From Octopus bimaculoides (lineage: Eukaryota): a stretch of 64,000 nt of DNA. Location: assembly GCF_001194135.2 (NCBI RefSeq), contig NC_068984.1, positions 99,848,023 to 99,912,022 on the forward strand, in the 5' to 3' direction. Each line of letters begins with the position of its first letter. Position 1 is the first letter of the stretch. Positions 1 through 13,450 of the stretch are shown one piece after another. Under the pieces are notes generated by a model that saw only the letters and a list, made by a program, of their open reading frames with translations, searched no databases and was not told where the DNA came from. The position numbers and the translations under genes are program-made.

Positions 1-323
1 AACCATTCTTCTATCCCAAGTTTCCTCATTGACCACCAGATAAGGGATCGGGGGACCCTGTCAAAGGCTTTCTCCATGTCAACGAAGGCCAGGTACAGAG
101 GTTTATCCTTGGCTAGATATTTCTCCTGCAGCTGTCTCACTAGAAATATGGCATCAGTGGTGCTTTTACCTGGCACAAACCCAAACTGCATCTCATCTAA
201 ATTGATTTGCTCCCTAATTAGTTGGGCTATGACCCTCTCCGTAACTTTCATAACCTGATATAACAGCTTGATGCCTCTGTAATTATTAGTGTCTAAAGCG
301 TCACCTTTACCTTTGTAGCAGTT
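1..323 (-). mobile_element. RTE-clade LINE, reverse transcriptase fragment
   Basis: Manual minus-strand translation: CYKGKGDALDTNNYRGIKLL...DEMQFGFVPGKSTTDAIFLVRQLQEKY...AFVDMEKAFDRVP, typical of the RTE RT N-terminal region; runs off the window edge. Confidence 0.92.
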
Positions 324-869
324 TAAAGTGTGTATGTGTATACATACACATACATATATTACATAATTTATGTATAGATTTTAATGAAGACTGTATGTAC
401 AGACAGATGTGAACATTTTGTATTTATATACAATAGCATTGTGTACAGAAAAGAAAACTGATATTGCAAATAAAGATAAGGTATTTACATCTGGCAATAG
501 ATACAATGTTGGCTAAAGTCTATAGACATACTAGCAGCTAAGCTCAGTTTCACCAGGTCAGTTTGGATGATGTGGCTGTAAAACCTGCTCTGTGTAAGCA
601 GTCAACTTTTTTGGGCATACTTATGTTAAAAAACAATTTTAGAATGACTTTTGTCTGCCAAAACGCTAAAAATAATTGACCAACAAAAAAAAAAGTCAAC
701 CAAGATTCAACCAAATCAAAAATTAAATCCAAATACTAAGTGAACAAATATGAACCATCCCACTTTCATTGCATGTGCACATGTACACACACACACACAC
801 ACACGCACACTCACATACCCCCCCCCCCTTTACATACAGACATATATTCACACAGAGTTGAAATGCTCA

Positions 870-1195
870 CCCTTTCCTTTCTCATTCATAAACACAAGAG
901 TATTATTATAGTAGATTATCTCAGTAACCATGGGAGCTATGAAAAAAATATGACATAACCCCTTCCTTCCTTATTCATCTATCACCCCTTCCTTTCTCAT
1001 TCATAAACAGAAGAGTATTATTATAGTAGATTATCTCGGTAACTGTGCGAGCTATGAAAAAATACAAAGCTCAGCATCACCACCGGATCATTCTACATAT
1101 CTGCGTAAGTTTTTGAGCAATTCCATGCAGTTGTTTGACTGTGAATCCCAAATCAATAAAGAATTGCCCATGTCAAATTTAGATGTATAGATTAA
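870..1195 (+). repeat. Local tandem duplication (~80 bp) within a possible Helentron/HINE-like 3' fragment
   Basis: cctttctcattcataaac..agagtattattatagtagattatctc..taac....gagctatgaaaaaaata occurs at ~870-950 and ~988-1064; the segment ends in tgtatagatt, similar to the end of the element at 11261-12298. Confidence 0.45.
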
Positions 1196-1255
1196 ATATA
1201 TTCTCTAGCACAGTAATACCATTAAACAAAAGTGTTAATGCAACAGCATTGCATA

Positions 1256-1458
1256 TACTCTTTTACTCTTTTACTTGTTTCAGTCATTTGACTGCGGCCA
1301 TGCTGGAGCACCGCCTTTTGTCGAGCAAATCGACCCCAGGACTTATTCTTTGTAAGCCTAGTACTTATTTTATCGGTCTCTTTTGCCGAACCACTAAGTG
1401 ACGGGGACATAAACACACCAGCATCGGTTGTCAAGCAATGCTAGGGGGACAAACACAG
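1256..1458 (-). mobile_element. tRNA-derived SINE family A, 3' half
   Basis: tactcttttacttgtttcagtcatttgactgcggccatgctggagcacc...; near-identical segments at 21245, 26700, 46320, 49430 and 63845. Confidence 0.85.
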
Positions 1459-2258
1459 NNNNNNNNNNNNNNNNNNNNNNNNNNNNNNNNNNNNNNNNNN
1501 NNNNNNNNNNNNNNNNNNNNNNNNNNNNNNNNNNNNNNNNNNNNNNNNNNNNNNNNNNNNNNNNNNNNNNNNNNNNNNNNNNNNNNNNNNNNNNNNNNNN
1601 NNNNNNNNNNNNNNNNNNNNNNNNNNNNNNNNNNNNNNNNNNNNNNNNNNNNNNNNNNNNNNNNNNNNNNNNNNNNNNNNNNNNNNNNNNNNNNNNNNNN
1701 NNNNNNNNNNNNNNNNNNNNNNNNNNNNNNNNNNNNNNNNNNNNNNNNNNNNNNNNNNNNNNNNNNNNNNNNNNNNNNNNNNNNNNNNNNNNNNNNNNNN
1801 NNNNNNNNNNNNNNNNNNNNNNNNNNNNNNNNNNNNNNNNNNNNNNNNNNNNNNNNNNNNNNNNNNNNNNNNNNNNNNNNNNNNNNNNNNNNNNNNNNNN
1901 NNNNNNNNNNNNNNNNNNNNNNNNNNNNNNNNNNNNNNNNNNNNNNNNNNNNNNNNNNNNNNNNNNNNNNNNNNNNNNNNNNNNNNNNNNNNNNNNNNNN
2001 NNNNNNNNNNNNNNNNNNNNNNNNNNNNNNNNNNNNNNNNNNNNNNNNNNNNNNNNNNNNNNNNNNNNNNNNNNNNNNNNNNNNNNNNNNNNNNNNNNNN
2101 NNNNNNNNNNNNNNNNNNNNNNNNNNNNNNNNNNNNNNNNNNNNNNNNNNNNNNNNNNNNNNNNNNNNNNNNNNNNNNNNNNNNNNNNNNNNNNNNNNNN
2201 NNNNNNNNNNNNNNNNNNNNNNNNNNNNNNNNNNNNNNNNNNNNNNNNNNNNNNNNNN
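1459..2258. other. Assembly gap
   Basis: 800 N followed by (TA)n. Confidence 1.
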
Positions 2259-2300
<42 letters not shown>

Positions 2301-3553
2301 ACATGTAAATGTCTGACTTAGCAATATTGTATGAAGCTTACCATACTAATGTAATAATTATACACTAGTGGTTATGGTGATACTTGGCACTAGTGGTGTG
2401 GTGGTGTTTGCAAAGACGGTGGTGGTTGGTAGAGAATGTCAAGTAAATGCTGAGAAGGCAAGGATTGTTTTGCTTTTCATTACATTTCCTTGTTGTACTT
2501 CTGGTCTGTTGAACCATTAATGATGTTGATATCATTGCTGCAGATGATGATGATGATGGTGGTAGTGGTGGTGTTTACTAAAGATTGTTGTTACTAATAG
2601 CATTTTCTTCTTCTTCTTCTTCTTCTTCTCCTTATTATTATTATTATCATTATTATTATTATTATTATAGCTTATGTACAAAATTATTATTCTTATCATT
2701 GTTGTTATCATAATGGAGTGAAGACTGTCCAGCAACAACAATAACAATAATAATATTCTTTACTAGTATCATTATAATAGTTATTGTTGTTAATAGTAAT
2801 AGTAGTAGTAGTAGTAGTATCATCATCATCATCATCATCATCATTATAGTTATTATTTTTCTTATAATCTGATGACTGTATGCACTCCAACTTACTGTCT
2901 TTAGCATCACTGCCATCAGCACCATTACCTATGTTCTGTCTGCATGAAGAGATATCTTCCAAGAATATTTTTTTTAAAGTCTCTTTTGTTCTTTTATTAT
3001 TCATTTATTGATACATTCTCTCTCCATTGGTTGTTAGATGGGTTTTTTTTTTTTTTCTTATTTGTTTTCTCCCTTTCACCCTCTCCCTACTGCCCGACCC
3101 AAAACGGAATTTGGAACATTCCTGTCTATTTTCATACTTCTTGAAATAGTTATTGTTGTTCCGTCAAGAGGAGAGATAACAGTCGAATCAATATGTGCAT
3201 TAGCGATAAACATGAAGATAATTCCATCCTTTTGTTAGCTGTATCTCTGATATTACCTGAATGTCATAAGAAGGAGATAGAGAAGGAGAGAGAGAAAGAG
3301 AGAGAAGCAAAGGAGGGAGGGAGGGAAGAAGAGACAGACAGATGGGGAGAAGGAGAGAAGGAGAGAGAGATGGAAGTGTGGGATGCTATGTAAAGTTCCC
3401 TACAATTATGATTGCTTCTTCAGTTTCTTTAAGTCTCACTTTCACATTTGGTGGGAGAAGGTTACGTTGTCTTCCTTCATGTTTGGTGACGTTGTTTAGT
3501 GATACCTGTGAAACTGTGTGTATTATATATTCACACATACACACACACACACA

Positions 3554-3592
<39 letters not shown>

Positions 3593-3671
3593 NNNNNNNN
3601 NNNNNNNNNNNNNNNNNNNNNNNNNNNNNNNNNNNNNNNNNNNNNNNNNNNNNNNNNNNNNNNNNNNNNNN
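3593..3671. other. Assembly gap within (TA)n
   Basis: 79 N. Confidence 1.
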
Positions 3672-3803
3672 ATATATATATCATATCAGATTTGATGAAT
3701 AATATAAAACATAGAAAGTACATAGTTCCATGAAACTATTAGTAAGTACAATAGACAGTCAGTAATTCATATTTTATTTCTTTCTCTGTAGCATCTTCAC
3801 CAC

Positions 3804-3878
<75 letters not shown>

Positions 3879-4150
3879 AATCATCATCAATTTTTACTTT
3901 CCCTTTTCCTTGCTTACTTGGGTTGGATGGGTCCATTCCAAGATGCTGTCACACCATTTGTTGCATTCTTCTGTCATTTCTTTTCTGAGGTTCATCATCC
4001 TGATATCAGATTTGACCACTTCTGCATTTCTTTCTTGGTCTTCCTTTTGCACTGATTTCCTTGAATATTCCATTATTTCGTTACCCATCTGTTATTTCTC
4101 ATCTGCTTTATATGTCCATAGCAATATAGCGTTCATCCTTGCACACACCT
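3804..4150 (-). mobile_element. RTE LINE 3' end with (GAT)n tail
   Basis: Minus strand reads ...EVVKSDIRMMNLRKEMTEECNKW...THPTQ, like the RTE ORF C-terminus, followed by a long (GAT)n tail (plus-strand ATC repeat 3804-3888). Confidence 0.7.
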
Positions 4151-4779
4151 GATTCCTCTTACACATAGTTTTTCTTTTTTTTTTCTCAGTTCACCTACAT
4201 CCCATCGTTCATACATATTAGCATTACATATCCAGGGGAGCATGCTTGCTTCATTTTTCTTCAGCATTCACACATCTTCTACATTCAGCATCCATCTCTC
4301 ACTATAAGCAGCAATGCATGTCATACACATGCAAACATGCAATCTGTCCTTTACTCTGAGAATCTCTTAACACAAAGCTCCCTGAACTGAACTTTTTCTC
4401 CACCTTGTCCTTATTCTAGCTACCATGCTTTCATAACACTGATCTGCACTGCTGATTATGTTGCTACATAGCAGAACCTGTAAGTGTTTTATTCCAGGAT
4501 TCAGTGAATGTTACCAGTATAGGTTAGCTGTATTACTGCCATTATTAATTCATTTTCTTACAAATTCATACAGGATAGACATCTTGTTTACTAATATTTT
4601 TCTATCTAATTTTGTTTTATTCAATGTGAGTGTAATCTTGTAGTTGATCCTTGTTGTATTTATATAGGGATGTATATACATGATGATGCACTTACATTTT
4701 GTGGACAGGCCAGGAATCTCATCACAGGTTGATGAGACCTGCGACTGGTATCATGTAAATCAGTACTAACTGTTCAATG

Positions 4780-4960
4780 GTTGAGTGGTGGCTGACTAAA
4801 TTGGCTCCCCCAGTTGAGTAGCTTGCTACTCTTGTGAGGAGGGTGTCTAGACACACAGCAGGACTAAAAACAAGACCTGATGAAGGATGGATGGCCATCC
4901 AGTTGGGGAAGGTAATGGCAAACCACCTCAATATCCTTGCCAAGAAAAAACTATGAGAAA
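4780..4960 (+). mobile_element. RTE-type 5' UTR fragment
   Basis: ggggaaggtaatggcaaaccacctcaatatccttgccaagaaaa (4905-4947) resembles the RTE/BovB 5' UTR motif GGAGAAGGNAATGGCAAACCAC..CAGTATTCTTGCC (recalled). Confidence 0.55.
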
Positions 4961-5410
4961 GTCAGGACAATGTAATGCCATGGCTTCATTCAATGGGAGA
5001 ACTCACACTTGATTGGAAAGACTTTTGTTGTAGTGTCATCAATGCACCGCCAAAAGCATACAATTCACAATGACAATGATGATGACTCTCCTCTTGAGAG
5101 TGATATCTGAACATACAACTGAACTTATTTAACTATTGTAAGTGACTGAGTATTCCACAGACACATATACTCTTAATGTAAAGTAGAATCAGCATGTCAT
5201 TATGTGATGAAGCTTGACCTTCAGCATACTGTGTGTCTCTTAGACAAGCTTTCACACAGTTTCCATTTACTCAGTTTCACTCAAAAGACTTAGGTCCCCT
5301 TAAGTCGATGATAAAATGTCATTTGCTGAAGATGTCGCAATGTGAAATTGAACCCTGGACTTCTTGATTGTGAAACAAATTTCTTAACCACTTGGTCCTG
5401 CCTACATCCA

Positions 5411-5411
<1 letters not shown>

Positions 5412-5487
<76 letters not shown>
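5412..5487. repeat. (CA)n microsatellite
   Basis: Perfect dinucleotide run. Confidence 0.99.
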
Positions 5488-5491
<4 letters not shown>

Positions 5492-6454
5492 TGCATGCAT
5501 GTTTATATGTATATTTAGATATATAATATAACATAATACAGATATATGCTTAAGTGTGCATGTGTGTATCTTTGTATATAAACATTTTATGTTTGTGTTA
5601 GTATGTATTTGACTGCATGTGTGTTTTCGTGTTGTGGTGCTTGCTTTGGGCATTTGTATTATACAGAACTTGGACATATCATTAATAAACATCAGTTGTA
5701 TGTCATATTTGAATATACTGAGATAAAGCTGAAAATATGTTTGCGTTATTGTTGTTGTTTGTTTGCTTAAATTATGATTCAAGTGACGGAGGTTCCCCAC
5801 AGAGAATTAATGTGCTCTAATCGTTATCTATCTAATTCATTATCTAATTCATTAGTAACTGCTGCAACCAACAGAAAACATTCTCATATTACCTGATTGC
5901 ATTGTATATCTATCTAACCTAACCTAGTTTAGATATACGTGTATGCATGTGTGCAATTATATATACACACATTTACATGGACTTATAGGGATGACAAATT
6001 GTATACCAGTTATCTCCATCTGTAATAAGTTTGTGCCAGAATGTGTGGTTTCTGCTAATAATTTTCCTGTGTATTCCTTGATGTTGTCAGTCCATCTTGC
6101 CGTCTGTTTGTCTGCCTCTTTCTTTGTTCCCCTTCCATAGTCCCTTAAAAGATGGTTTTTGCAAGGCACATAGGATCTTGTAATATGACCATATCATCTC
6201 AGCTTTCTTTTCCTCTTCATTGCAAGATCTTCATGTGATGCTGGATGGTTTTGCAAACCCAGTCATTGGTGATGTGACCCAAGTAGAAAATATGATATAT
6301 GTTGAATCAGTATCTCATTTCCAATGCCTGTATCTCACTCTAAATATATTTATATATAGATATAGATTTATATATGCAAACATATATTTATATATACAAA
6401 CATATATTTATATATACACCCCCACCCTATTATGTCTGCCTGGCCATCTAACTA

Positions 6455-6660
6455 TCAACATCATCATCATTATCATCGCCATTTTAATGTCCACTTTTTC
6501 ATTGCATGGGTTGCATAGAATTCATCAAGGTAGATTTTCTATGGTTGAATGTCCTTCGTGTAACCATTTTTTTTTAACCAACATAATATTTCCCTTTGGC
6601 CAAGCATGTTTCCTCTGAAGATTGAAAATGAATGAGGATAACACTCTTTTACTATCATTT
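6455..6660 (-). mobile_element. SINE-like repeat ending in an RTE-type 3' tail
   Basis: Reverse complement ends ...acccatgcaatgaaaaagtggacattaaaatggcgatgat; related copies at ~12330-12570, 15400-15545 and 22150-22330. Confidence 0.6.
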
Positions 6661-6673
6661 GATGTCATGACAA

Positions 6674-6709
<36 letters not shown>

Positions 6710-6912
6710 AATCCCTGCCAAAACAGACACAGTAGTCTAGGGTAGTTTTTCTACCAGGCCGGCTCCTATCAACCATCCCAGCTATGCATGCATGGAAGAT
6801 GGACTTTAAACGATGACGATATATGTGCAATGATTTGACAAGCAGTGCCAAGCTTTAAGCTTATAAAATATTATTATTATTATTATTATTATCATTATAT
6901 ATATATATATAT

Positions 6913-7118
6913 ACCGCTGGACTGGCCCTCGTGCCAGTGGCACGTAAAAGCACTCACTACACTCTCGGAGTGGCTGGCGTTAGGAAGGGCATCCAGCTGT
7001 AGAAACTCTGCCAGATCAGATAGGAGCCTGGTGCAGCCATCTAGTTCGCCAGTCATCAGTCAAATCGCCCAACCCATGCTAGCATTGAAAGCAGACGTTA
7101 AACGATGATGATGATGAT
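6913..7118 (+). mobile_element. RTE LINE 3' UTR fragment
   Basis: gtgccagtggcacgtaaaagcac...ggaagggcatccagctgtagaaac...aacccatgctagc...cgttaaacgatgatgat; same UTR follows the RTE ORF end at 50627-51225. Confidence 0.8.
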
Positions 7119-7689
7119 ATACACATATATACATACACACAGATGGACAGATAGAGAGATTATGATCTTCTTTCAGTTGTTGATGAAATTTCAACAGCTG
7201 TGACAAGTCCTGTTGATCCCTCTTTTCCAATGCAATCATATATTCATATAATCTCTGTGAAATTATATAAAGAAAAAAGTTATTTATGGCTGTCCAGTTT
7301 ACTTAGTGAATCTGTTGACTGTAACCTATACATTTATTTGTTAGTTTATTATTGCATACATACATTCATTCATTCATTCACTCATTCATTTGGACCACTG
7401 AGAAGGAGTTTGCAAATCCAGTACTTGAGATGCACTTTCAGCTTCATACTTATTTTCAGTGGAGCAACAAGATACATACAAATCTGCTTGTAGCAAAGCA
7501 TGGCTAAACTGAGGTTGCTGGGGAGAGAATACAATTCCTACACTACAAATAATCACAATGTCTGGAACCATAAAAATCATCTGCAAAGTCTTCATTAAGA
7601 TTTAAATGATGATGAACAAAACAAGATGCCTTCCTTCACTACTTTGCAGGTGGCTGGTCAAAATTAACTGCAAATTGAAAAGAGAATAA

Positions 7690-7772
7690 GAATACATACA
7701 TACATACATACATACATACATAACAATCTACATACACACACACATGCATACACAGACATACACACATATATG

Positions 7773-7803
<31 letters not shown>

Positions 7804-7880
7804 GTATACATACATACATACATACATATATGTATACATACATACACACATATGTATACATACATACATACATGTATACA

Positions 7881-7910
<30 letters not shown>
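7690..7910. repeat. (TACA)n microsatellite
   Basis: Imperfect tetranucleotide run. Confidence 0.97.
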
Positions 7911-7911
<1 letters not shown>

Positions 7912-8212
7912 GATGTTATTAATCACAGGAACTGATATATATATATATTTTATTGATTTTAATATTCTTCACATGTATTGATTATACCTCATACAAGTTT
8001 GTATTATTTCTCCTATCATCAATATCCCCTGCATGTCTCTGTTGAATTTATCTTTCATATCTCCTACATGTGTCTATTATACCTCATATCTGTAGCTCTT
8101 TGCTTTCTTCCTTCTTGCGTGATTGGGTCCCTTCTCCTTTAACCCTCAGCACTTACTCATCATCACTCAAACCAGTAAGAGGATTCTCTATGCACTCACT
8201 AAGCTGACTGGA

Positions 8213-8395
8213 AATGTTGTTGTTGGCACTCCGTCGCTTACGACGTCGAGGGTTCCAGTTAATCCTATCAACAGAACAGCCTGCTCGTGAAATTAACGTG
8301 CAAGTGGCTGAGCACTCCACAGACACGTGTACCCTTAATGTAGTTCTCGGGGATATTCAGCGTGACACAGTGTGACAAGGCTGACCCTTTGAATT
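8213..8395 (-). mobile_element. SINE-like repeat, family C, 3' part
   Basis: CpG-retaining segment ttggcactccgtcgcttacgacgtcgagggttccag...gtgacaaggctgacccttt with a (CAA)-type tail on the minus strand; recognised from recall, single copy here. Confidence 0.55.
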
Positions 8396-9623
8396 AGTGT
8401 TGTCCGTGTACTTTTTTTTTTTATCTCTAATGGAAATAGTAAGCAACTTACCCTCAAATTTGATTTGATTTTAACCTTTAAAAAACACAAAAAGACATCA
8501 GAATTTGCTTGATATACTATGCTTGAATCAGAGAAAGAGTGGTTACAGCTTGGACAGCTTTGGTCATAGGTCTGCTGGATCAAGACTGACCTATGGCTAA
8601 GTTGTCACAGAAGCAACAATGATGACTAACAAAACCTGTCCTCATGTTTTACAAATCATATATACTATATATACCATTTTGTATATGTGTGTGTGTACGT
8701 TTTTTTTTTTACATATGTGTATGCGTGTATGTATATATATATATATATTGACATGCTTTTGTGAACATGAGAGAGAGAAGACAGAGAATGTGTTTGCGTA
8801 TGACAAAGAGAGAGCATTAAATGTGTGCATGGGAGAAAGAGGATGACAGGTGTGTTTATACATACATAAATGGATGCGTGTGTTTGTGTGATTAATTACT
8901 TTAAGTGTATGCATAAATATATTCGTTTCTGCTAGTCCAATATTTTATCAATTTTTTTTCCATTTTTATTTTGTTTTTATTTGATGTTGATAATTCTTTT
9001 TTTTTTTTTGTCTTAATGAAATTTGTTCACATTAAATTACTACCAGTTACTTTGGTTAATGTCTCCAGGAAAAAGACAGAGGAGTTAAACCTGGCTGAAG
9101 TTTTATAAAGCAGTACAGCTGTGTATAAGACATGATCACTTCTTGCTTAGTACACTGTGCGTGTGTGTGTGTGTGCCTGTGTGTCTGTGTCTGTGTCTGT
9201 CTGTGTGCGCGCACGCACACATGTAATCAGAGATAACCTACTTGGATGAAATTTACTTGTGTTGTAACCGAGGAACCTAGACCACAACAGACTTGACAAA
9301 AGAGACCTGAGAAATCTTTCAGTATTAAGGCTTTTCTTTTTATCTACACTCCAAGGCATCATTTTCTTAGAGAGACAGAAAGATATTACAGTATATTACT
9401 TGTATTCTTTTGTTGATTATATCTAAGGTGAGATTTTATCTTAGAGGAAAACTATTTGTTCAAAGTAACCCCATTCTATATATTCTCCTTGTTATTACCA
9501 CCTGAATGGATGTATGGCAAAGTTGAACACTAAAAAAAATTTTTTGAACCAAAAACTCTTAACTTATTGACATAGATACCGTACAGAAAAACAGTCTAAT
9601 ACCTTAACCATTAGCACACGCGT

Positions 9624-9730
<107 letters not shown>

Positions 9731-10422
9731 AAAAAGAGAGGGAGAGAGAAAAAAAGAAAAACAAGCATCCTGTTCTGTGGAAGTTTCCATCACCTTGATT
9801 CTTTATAAACAACATTTAATGTAACATCTGAACAGAAAAATAACTCCTATAATTCATGACAGATGTTAATGAAAATATTCTCTCTTTTGTTAATTCTTGT
9901 CAGAAGTTCATAGCTGTTCTGTGAAAGTTTAAAGCATCAACTATCTCCACCATCTCAACAGCTTTATTAAGAAAAATATTTAAGGTAACTTTTGTATAGA
10001 AAATAACCACAACCCTGCTTATAATTCTGAACAGATGTTTATGGAAAAATGCCCTTTTTTGCTCTTGTTAATTTTTGCCAGTTCATGTATAATTTCTAGT
10101 TTTCTAAGCTAGCTCAGAAAAATACTTCTACTTTTTTTGTCTCAGTAAAGACCATGTGGAGAAGGGAATTAAAGCTGTATACACCAAGAACATCTAGCAT
10201 AACAGTTTACCAGGGAACCACATATTAAAGTTTCTTTACATGGATTTATTTATGTTAAATAAATTATGTCTGTAGCACATTACTGCTATATAAAATTATC
10301 TTTGGTGTTTTGTCACTGGAATTACATTCAAGTTGATTGAAATGGTAAACGGAATCAGTAAAGAGATTTGACACTATTGAATGATAAAAAAAGAAAGAGT
10401 GATTAACAGAACAACAAAAACA

Positions 10423-10489
10423 ATGGCTTTTTCAATTTTGACGGCGTTAAAATGGTTTATGCCACACATAGTCTTAAACAGAGAAAGAG
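10423..10489 (+). CDS. Candidate first coding exon (unverified)
   Basis: aaaacaATGG context, open frame MAFSILTALKWFMPHIVLNRER, consensus donor GAG|GTGAGT at 10490; no homology recognised. Confidence 0.25.
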
Positions 10490-11225
10490 GTGAGTTTCTT
10501 GATTTATTTTGCTGTTTTATGATTGGTATGAAGTTGCTTACCAACACTCTCTAGCCCCTAACCCTCAGACATTCTATCTTTCTTCTTGATTAGTTTTGTT
10601 AAAGCTCTGCTACTTTCATAATTTGTTCTATATGTTTCATACCCCAGTAGTTGCTTCTTTCCCAAGTATCTCCCTTTACCCTTTTTGACAATTTAGGATG
10701 CTGCTGCTACATCAGTCAATGGGTATGATACCTCACTTTACTACCTGGTTGATTATGTGAATGACTTGCTGGAGCCCTATTCCACTGAATCTTTTTAGCA
10801 TTTCAGGGACTGTCCCTGATAACCCACCAGCTTTTCTTGTGTGGTAAAATGTTTGCTTCCTGACCATATCATTGCAGTTTTACTCTCTGTTTGTGGCATC
10901 TTGGTCAAGTGTCTTTTACTCTGGTCCTTGATTGGCCAAAACCTTGTGAGAGTATTTGGTAGATGGAAACTGAAAGAAGGTTGTTGTGCCTCATCTGTCT
11001 TTGACTTTCAGGTGTTTTAACACCCAGTACTTTGAGGAATCATCCCCACCATGCTAAATCACAGCCTACCAGCAAACAAGCAAGGCATATATATTGAGTA
11101 TGTGTGGTCAAGAATTTTTACAACATTAGTGCTGCTTCTAATTCATATTTGAATATATATATATTCAAAGCTTTTTATTCTTTACAAACAATACACAATG
11201 CTTCAAGCAAACTACAATACTCTCC

Positions 11226-11259
<34 letters not shown>

Positions 11260-11260
11260 A

Positions 11261-12298
11261 TACTAGCTGAGGTACCCGGTAATGCCCGAGAGTGGGGATA
11301 TTCCCAGTACCCATTATAATGCCTAATTTCTCTCAAACGTAAAATGAAATCAAGACATAGGACAGATAATAGAAGGCATAAGCAAATTCATTCACAAAAC
11401 AATAATACAAATAAATATGTGTGGAATCAGAAAATGACAATTGTTTGGTCAGATGAGTGGAAAGCTGCAAGTATATAATCAATAGAAGCATCAAGAAGGG
11501 AATTGTACAGGAGTGCTATGAAAAAAAATAACGTAAACGTTTGAAAAGTAAGCAAAAAATTATCTAGAGAAAAGGCACTTAATTTGACAACTGTGTTTCA
11601 TGGGTATAGTTCCACTGATCATGAGAATCAGATATCGATTGCAATTGTTTTAGAACTGACAATTTTAGTGCTGGTGTTAAGAAAATACATGTTACGTGTT
11701 TTAGCACACAACGTTGCAATGTTTAGAATCAATAATTTTAAGTGCAGGTGTTAAGAATATACATGTTACATGTTTTAGCATACAACACTGCAACGTTTAG
11801 AATCGAAATTTTAAGTTAAGGTGTTATGTAAATACATGTTACAGCAACCAGAGAATACTGAAATAATTTATGAACATTTTAACCCCACAACAATTTAGGC
11901 CAAATTTCATTAATCAGTTAATCAAAAATCATCTTATACTTTGCTTGAGTGACCTCAGTAAAAATTTGTTTGTCTCAACCCATCTTTAGCACATATTCTA
12001 TCTGTGTATAAAATTTCAAGAAAATCGGTCTAAAACTTTAAAAGTTATGGCAGAAAATAACATTCATATGAGAATTTGCATCGAAATGTCCTATTGATTT
12101 TTGAAAAATCATTGCTGATTAAAAATCATTGAATTTTTTGAAATTCTAAGTGTGTAAGTGACTACATGGGTATAAGATCCACATATGTGTCAAATTTCAT
12201 CAATATCGGTTGGATAGTCTAGGAGGAGTTAAAATAACAAATTCACAGACACACACACAGCCTCAAAAAGACAGAAATTACCATTTATGTATATAGAC
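11261..12298 (+). mobile_element. Helentron/HINE (DINE-1-like) non-autonomous rolling-circle element
   Basis: 5' TACTAGCTGAGGTACCCGG..TGCCCG; internal caaatttcatcaatatcggttggatagtctaggaggagtt; (AC)n near the end; 3' tttatgtatatagac; internal ~73-bp tandem repeats. Confidence 0.7.
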
Positions 12299-12329
12299 TT
12301 ATGGGTGTGTGTGTGTTATTGTCTCTACC

Positions 12330-12570
12330 TGGACACCACATGATGGTTGTAAACAAGAATCACCATAATACAAGCAAAGTCCTTTGTTTCCAATATTCTG
12401 CGAGAACATGTCTAGCAATGGGGAAATTTTACCTTACTTAGAAAAAGGTAAGGGTTAGTGACAGGAAAGACAGCTGGCCATAGAAAATCCACCTCAACAA
12501 ATTCCATTTGATCCATGCAAACATTGAAAAGTGGATGTTAAAACAGCAATGAATATGATGATGATAATGA
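12330..12570 (+). mobile_element. SINE-like repeat with RTE-type tail
   Basis: Ends atccatgcaaacattgaaaagtggatgttaaaac...gatgatgat. Confidence 0.6.
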
Positions 12571-13299
12571 ATAATGTTAGTTGACAACATCAGTAGCTAG
12601 TCTCTGATAGTTTTAACTGGGCTAGTTTCTCTTTCTTCCTTTAACTCATTTTCTACATTCAAGAACCTCTTGTAATTGTATTTCTAAACATCTTTCTTCT
12701 CAGCATCAGTGTAGATAAATGTAGTAGTCATTCTGAAAATACTTTCCTCAAGTGAAATCTTGATTCATTTTGACATAAAATCTGGATCATGTCAACACCC
12801 CTGATCCTGGCCTCTGACTTGCCAAATGTTGGGCTATCCAATTCATGCCAGCATGGAAAAAAATTTTAAATGATGATGCTATATATATTATCACAGACAA
12901 AAAATACACATATATATGTGTAGGTGGAAGACTGGTCACATAAAATACTTTGTGACATATGTTCTATTCCTCTGTGCTCTGAGTAGATATGTCACTGAGG
13001 TTAACTGTTCTGTTCATCTTTTTGGGGATTGATAAATGAAGTACTCTAGGGAGATGGAAGAAAGGGCATCAGACATAACCTTATTTTTCTTTCAGGTTCT
13101 CCAAAATTGGTAGGAAATAAGCTGAAGTCATCCTCAAACAAAGGCTTAAAGTTGCTCCAAATACTTGCAAAATATAAAACGAACTCTGCTAATGTGGTGC
13201 TGTTTACTAGGTGATAATTTTAGCCTACTACCCAAGAACTCTGAACACAAAGCACTTGAAGAAATACTCCAAAGCATCTAGTCTGATGCTGGGACAATT

Positions 13300-13450
13300 C
13301 TACCAGTCCATAGTCTTCACTGGTACTTTATTTTGTTGACCCACTGGAAGGATAAAAGTGAGGTTGATTACAGAGTGATTTAAACTTAAGGTGCAAAGAC
13401 CTGGAGCAAATACCACTAGGTACTTTGTCCTATGTTCTAAAAGTCTTACC
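13300..13450 (-). mobile_element. SINE family B (Nin/Deu-domain-like), degenerate
   Basis: ctggtactttattttgttgaccc...gaaggataaaag = reverse complement of cctttcatcctttcggggtcgataaaataagtaccag. Confidence 0.65.

Noticed and set aside
1428-2324. Long ORFs of ~290 aa (also 16503-17356, 49147-49486, 3342-3733)
   Set aside because: They span N gaps and are artefacts.
2708-3004. 98-aa minus-strand ORF with D/T/N runs
   Set aside because: Mostly trinucleotide repeats; the unique part is too short to assign.
4877-4883. CTGATGA as a hammerhead core (also 59515-59521)
   Set aside because: No correctly placed GAAA with stem III and NUH.
5290-5800. ORFs rich in CV, HT, YI, SI or RE repeats across the window
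   Set aside because: Translations of microsatellites.
11640-11850. CRISPR-like array
   Set aside because: Contiguous tandem units without unique spacers, inside a eukaryotic Helentron; no cas genes in the window.
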